Shown: positions 28,648-32,000 of the stretch, in pieces
How positions within the stretch are numbered: position 1 is the first letter of the stretch
How the letters are laid out: each line of letters opens with the position of its first letter
Assembly: GCF_000283555.1 (NCBI RefSeq)
Contig: NC_016012.1
Location: forward strand, 1,483,557-1,515,556
DNA length: 32,000 bases
Source: Candidatus Arthromitus sp. SFB-rat-Yit
Lineage (GTDB): Bacteria > Bacillota > Clostridia > Clostridiales > Clostridiaceae
Direction of reading: 5' to 3'
Position numbers and translations under genes: made by a program
Notes under the pieces: generated by a model
Database searches by the model: none
What the model was told of the DNA's origin: nothing
What the model saw: the letters and a program-made list of their open reading frames with translations, nothing else

Positions 28648-30012
28648 CTACTTTCCAATACAAAATTTTGAAAATATATTATCTATAATTGATTCTGTTA
28701 CATCCTCACCTGTTATACTCATTATAAAACTTAAGGCTTTTCTGATATCAATAGATATAATATCAAGTGGAATAGAATCATTTAATAAATTCAGTGAATT
28801 ATGTAAAAGCATTCTTGTATTAGCTAGAGCTTCCACATGACGTAAATTGGTTAATATTATTGAATCTTCCATAGAATCTAAGTCATTTAATATAAATTTA
28901 TCTTTAATAGATTTTTCTAAATCTTCAAACCCAATATTCTCTTTAACTGATAGAGTAATTACATTATCTCGTGATAATATATTAAATTTTTTACAAACAT
29001 CTTCTGCATTAAATAAATTATCAATTTCACATTTGTTTATTATAACAATAAATTTTTTATCTTTTATAAGTTCATATATTTTAAAATCCTCATCACTAAG
29101 TTCTGTTGTTCCATCTAATAAAAATAATATAAGTGTACTCTCTTCTATCTTTTCTTTAGTCATATTAATTCCTATAGACTCTACTATATCATTGCTTTTT
29201 CTAATTCCTGCTGTGTCAAATAAATTTAATACAATTCCTCTAAAATTAACAACTTCTTCTATTATATCTCTAGTAGTTCCAGGTATATCTGTAACAATTG
29301 CTCTATCAAATTTACAAAAATAATTTAAAAGTGATGATTTTCCAACATTTGGTTTGCCAACAATACAAGTTGAAATACCATCTTTAATTAATATTCCTTG
29401 ATCTTTATATTTTAAAATATCATCTAAAATATTTATAACCTCTTCTAAATCTTTTTTTATATCCTGAGAGTGAACTTCCTCAACCTCATTCTCAAAATCA
29501 ATAATAACTTCTATTTTTGAAATTATATTTAAAATATGCTCTTTTACTATAAGCAATTTATTATACAATTTACCCATTTTTTGATTAATAGCACATTTAA
29601 GTTCCATATCTGATCTAGAGTTAATTAAATCTATTATTGATTCTGCCTTTGTCAAATCTATTTTCCCATTAATAAATGCTCTTTTTGTAAATTCTCCAAC
29701 GTCAGAAACTCTAGCTCCAAGACTAACAACTAAATCAAATATTTTTGTTGTTATAAGTTTTCCACCATGACAATTAATTTCTATAACATCTTCTCCTGTA
29801 AAACTTTTTGGAGCCTTCATAAAACTTACTAACACTTCATCATAAATTTCTCCATCATACTTTATAAATCCATATTTAATTCCATTTGGAGTCAAATCGT
29901 CTTTGCTATGGAAAATTTTTTTTGCTATTTCAAGACTTTTATCTCCAGAAATCCTTATTATGTTTACAGCACTTTTAGAAAGTGCTGTTGATAAACCAAC
30001 AATTGTACTCAT
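28648..30012 (-). CDS. mnmE: tRNA modification GTPase MnmE (TrmE)
   Basis: IVGLSTALSKSAVNIIRISG, CIVGKPNVGKSSLLN, TDIPGTTRD, C-terminal FSKFCIGK; start set at internal M (30012) matching family. Confidence 0.97.
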   Translation of the reverse strand: MSTIVGLSTALSKSAVNIIRISGDKSLEIAKKIFHSKDDLTPNGIKYGFIKYDGEIYDEVLVSFMKAPKSFTGEDVIEINCHGGKLITTKIFDLVVSLGARVSDVGEFTKRAFINGKIDLTKAESIIDLINSRSDMELKCAINQKMGKLYNKLLIVKEHILNIISKIEVIIDFENEVEEVHSQDIKKDLEEVINILDDILKYKDQGILIKDGISTCIVGKPNVGKSSLLNYFCKFDRAIVTDIPGTTRDIIEEVVNFRGIVLNLFDTAGIRKSNDIVESIGINMTKEKIEESTLILFLLDGTTELSDEDFKIYELIKDKKFIVIINKCEIDNLFNAEDVCKKFNILSRDNVITLSVKENIGFEDLEKSIKDKFILNDLDSMEDSIILTNLRHVEALANTRMLLHNSLNLLNDSIPLDIISIDIRKALSFIMSITGEDVTESIIDNIFSKFCIGK

Positions 30013-30060
30013 ATTTAACCTCCAATAAAAAAAGAGTTGTCCTATAAACAACCCCTACAA

Positions 30061-30750
30061 CTAATTTTTTGATAATTCCGTATCATTTTTAAATACATTA
30101 TTTATTATCATACTTATTATAATTGAAACTATATTAGAAAAGACATAATATATTCCTACTGCCGAAGAAACAGATATTGTAAATACTCCAAGCATAACTG
30201 ATAATACAATGTTCATAACTCTACTTTGTTGAGCTTGAGCTTTATTATCTTCCGATGAAGATGCAGGTATACTTAATTTACCTTGTAAAAAACCAGTTAC
30301 AACTGCCAATATCGGCAATATAAAATACGGATCTTTTGCTGCTAAATTAGGTATCCATAAAAATGAAATCGTATTTTCCTGTAAACCTGGTAATCTTAAA
30401 AATAATTGAAAAAATAATAAAAGTATCGGTAACTGTATGAATGTAGGTAAACATCCAGATAATGGATTTATTTGATAATCCTTATATAGTTGCAATATTT
30501 GTTGTTGTTGTTTTTGTGGATCTGACTTATATTTAGCTTGTATCTTTTGAAGCTCTGGCTGTATTTTTTGTAAAATTTTTGTTGTTTTTATTTGCTTTAT
30601 ATGTAAAGGTAAGGTAATTATCTTAATAATTAATATAGCTAATATAATTGTCAATCCATATGATAAATTAACATTTGGAATAATACTAAAAACTATATTA
30701 TGTAATCCTTCAAATCCCTTAATTAACAAATTAATTATACTATCAAACAA
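30061..30750 (-). CDS. yidC: Membrane protein insertase YidC/OxaA family
   Basis: YGLTIILAILIIKIITLPLHIKQIKTTKILQKIQPELQKIQAKYK...NPLSGCLPTFIQLPILLLFFQLF. Confidence 0.95.
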   Translation of the reverse strand: MFDSIINLLIKGFEGLHNIVFSIIPNVNLSYGLTIILAILIIKIITLPLHIKQIKTTKILQKIQPELQKIQAKYKSDPQKQQQQILQLYKDYQINPLSGCLPTFIQLPILLLFFQLFLRLPGLQENTISFLWIPNLAAKDPYFILPILAVVTGFLQGKLSIPASSSEDNKAQAQQSRVMNIVLSVMLGVFTISVSSAVGIYYVFSNIVSIIISMIINNVFKNDTELSKN

Positions 30751-30815
30751 CTATTAATCCCCCTTAAAACTATTACTAATACAATTTTAATATAAAAAAT
30801 ATAAAAAGTACATTT

Positions 30816-31031
30816 TTATTTTAATGGATCATATCCCCCTTTAGATAATGGATTACATTTACAAATTCTTATAATCACTAAAAAAGTAGCCTTAATAGTA
30901 TTATACTTTTTATAGGCTAAGATAGCATAGTTTGAGCATGTTGGATAAAACTTACATCTAGGAATTGTATTTGATGATATATATTTTTGATAAATTTTTA
31001 TTATTTTTACACTAATCTTTTCACGTTTCAT
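30816..31031 (-). CDS. yidD: Membrane protein insertion efficiency factor YidD
   Basis: IKIYQKYISSNTIPRCKFYPTCSNYAILAYKKYN...CNPLSKGGYDP. Confidence 0.95.
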   Translation of the reverse strand: MKREKISVKIIKIYQKYISSNTIPRCKFYPTCSNYAILAYKKYNTIKATFLVIIRICKCNPLSKGGYDPLK

Positions 31032-31366
31032 AATAACATTAAGCTCTTGTTAAACAATTTATTAATACTTTTTTCTACTTCTGAATAATTCTTATCTTTA
31101 GCTGCAACTCTTACAATAAATACAATATCATATCCAGTTTTAAGTTTATATAAATTTAATCTATATATTTCATAAACATATCTTCTTATCTTATTTCTAA
31201 GAACACTTTTTCCTACTTTTTTACTTATACTTATACCCAACCTATTAATTTCTAAATTTTTCTTATTTTTGTATATATATAATATAAATAATTTACTAGA
31301 ATATGATTTTCCTCTATTATATACAATTCTAAAATCAAAATTTTTCTTTATCTTATAAACCTTCAT
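31028..31366 (-). CDS. rnpA: Ribonuclease P protein component
   Basis: KIKKNFDFRIVYNRGKSYSSKLFILYIYKNKK...RLGISISKKVGKSVLRNKIRRYVYEIYR; 4-nt overlap with yidD. Confidence 0.95.
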   Translation of the reverse strand: MKVYKIKKNFDFRIVYNRGKSYSSKLFILYIYKNKKNLEINRLGISISKKVGKSVLRNKIRRYVYEIYRLNLYKLKTGYDIVFIVRVAAKDKNYSEVEKSINKLFNKSLMLL

Positions 31367-31387
31367 AATCTAAATACAATCCCCTCT

Positions 31388-31440
31388 AAAATATTAAAGA
31401 GGCACTTTTATATTTTAAAAATGTGCCTCTTTAATATTTT
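31388..31440. terminator. Hairpin between rpmH and rnpA (terminator/attenuator)
   Basis: aaaatattaaagaggcac ... gtgcctctttaatatttt, 18-bp perfect arms. Confidence 0.75.
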
Positions 31441-31450
31441 ATTAATCCTA

Positions 31451-31585
31451 CTAATAAGTTAATCTTTTTCTACCCTTTAATCTTCTTCTTTTTATAATAG
31501 CTCTTCCAGAAGCATTTTTCATTCTTTTTCTAAAACCATGCTCCTTTTTACGCTGTCTCTTTTTTGGTTGATACGTCATAAACAT
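31451..31585 (-). CDS. rpmH: 50S ribosomal protein L34
   Basis: Own translation: [44 protein letters not shown] (44 aa; possibly starting at M3); missing from ORF track because short. RBS ggggtgg upstream. Confidence 0.96.
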   Translation of the reverse strand: MFMTYQPKKRQRKKEHGFRKRMKNASGRAIIKRRRLKGRKRLTY

Positions 31586-32000
31586 GTAACCACCCCATTT
31601 TAATTAAATTTCTAAATTTTATTTTAGTAGATTATATATCTAATTTTAAATTATGTCAATTATTATTTTTTCCTAATATAAATAAATATTAATTGAATGA
31701 TTAGATGTTATTATGTTATTATTATTCTTATTGTTGATAACTTGTTTTGTTTTCAACATTTTTATTAACATATCAATTCTATGTTAATATTTATGTTTAT
31801 TATTTGAAATTATTTGATTTTTACTGCTTTGTATTAATATGTTTGTTTGTGTATAAATTAATTTATATTGCATTTTTAAAATTTTTAACATTTTTTATTT
31901 TTTATTTATATTCCATATACATTATTGTTTATTTATTGTTGTTTATTTGTTAATTTCTAGATATTATTTTAAAGTTTTTTATTTATTGGAGGTAGTAAGT
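31586..32000. promoter_or_regulatory. Extremely AT-rich rpmH-dnaA intergenic region, putative oriC-associated region
   Basis: Non-coding AT-rich tract after rpmH with DnaA-box-like TGTTGATAA (31732-31740, revcomp TTATCAACA) and TGTGTATAA (31848-31856, revcomp TTATACACA); ends in SD ggaggtagtaagt, so a start codon (probably dnaA) should follow at about 32001. Confidence 0.65.

Noticed and set aside
28847-29323. 158-aa plus-strand ORF inside mnmE
   Set aside because: Antisense to mnmE with no recognisable domain; shadow ORF.
31747-31953. 68-aa ORF MFSTFLLTYQFYVNIYVYYLK... in the rpmH-dnaA region
   Set aside because: AT-rich random open frame encoding mostly F/Y/L/I in the putative origin region; no good RBS.
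1-32000. CRISPR arrays, toxin-antitoxin, restriction, retron or other defence systems
   Set aside because: I saw no regularly spaced repeats, no Cas/RM/RT-like ORFs and no transposase; content is mainly housekeeping.

Overview
This is a 32 kb, very AT-rich window of a Clostridia-like chromosome. Gene content and order fit a reduced, host-associated, spore-forming Firmicute; a segmented-filamentous-bacterium-like genome is my inference only. The window appears to end just upstream of dnaA, because its last bases are an unused Shine-Dalgarno (ggaggtagtaagt). Left to right it holds: an ECF transporter (S-component tail, fused double ATPase, T component); a BFD-like small Fe-S protein; an LtaS-like sulfatase; metG; rplI; a LonC-type protease; an XRE-cupin regulator; replicative helicase dnaB; a minus-strand block (two divergent RlmH halves or paralogs, SEC-C protein, a frameshifted CxxH/CxxC gene, walJ/yycJ, murA); a DUF1540 protein; a possible 2H-like protein; an S8 protease; an M23 peptidase; DnaD-like and DnaC/DnaI-like proteins; rpsR-ssb-rpsF; DUF3343; a class V aminotransferase; parS, parA and parB; an amidase-DUF4214 protein; rsmG, mnmG, mnmE, yidC, yidD, rnpA and rpmH; and an origin-like AT-rich region. 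The best novelty candidate is the tandem, GTGA-overlapping pair of RlmH-like genes (11404-12182). One copy keeps the SAM-binding IGGSEG loop but lacks the catalytic C-terminal tail. The other lacks that loop but keeps the canonical EQIYRAYKIINNEPYHK tail. This predicts an obligate heterodimeric rRNA methyltransferase. Other notable points are a frameshifted yyzF-like gene and an unannotated DUF1540 gene (both below the ORF-track size limit), a near-perfect parS inside the gene upstream of parA, a 56-bp perfect palindrome overlapping the metG stop, and terminator stems that contain the stop codons of both convergent genes. I see no CRISPR array, tRNA/rRNA gene, IS element or defence island.
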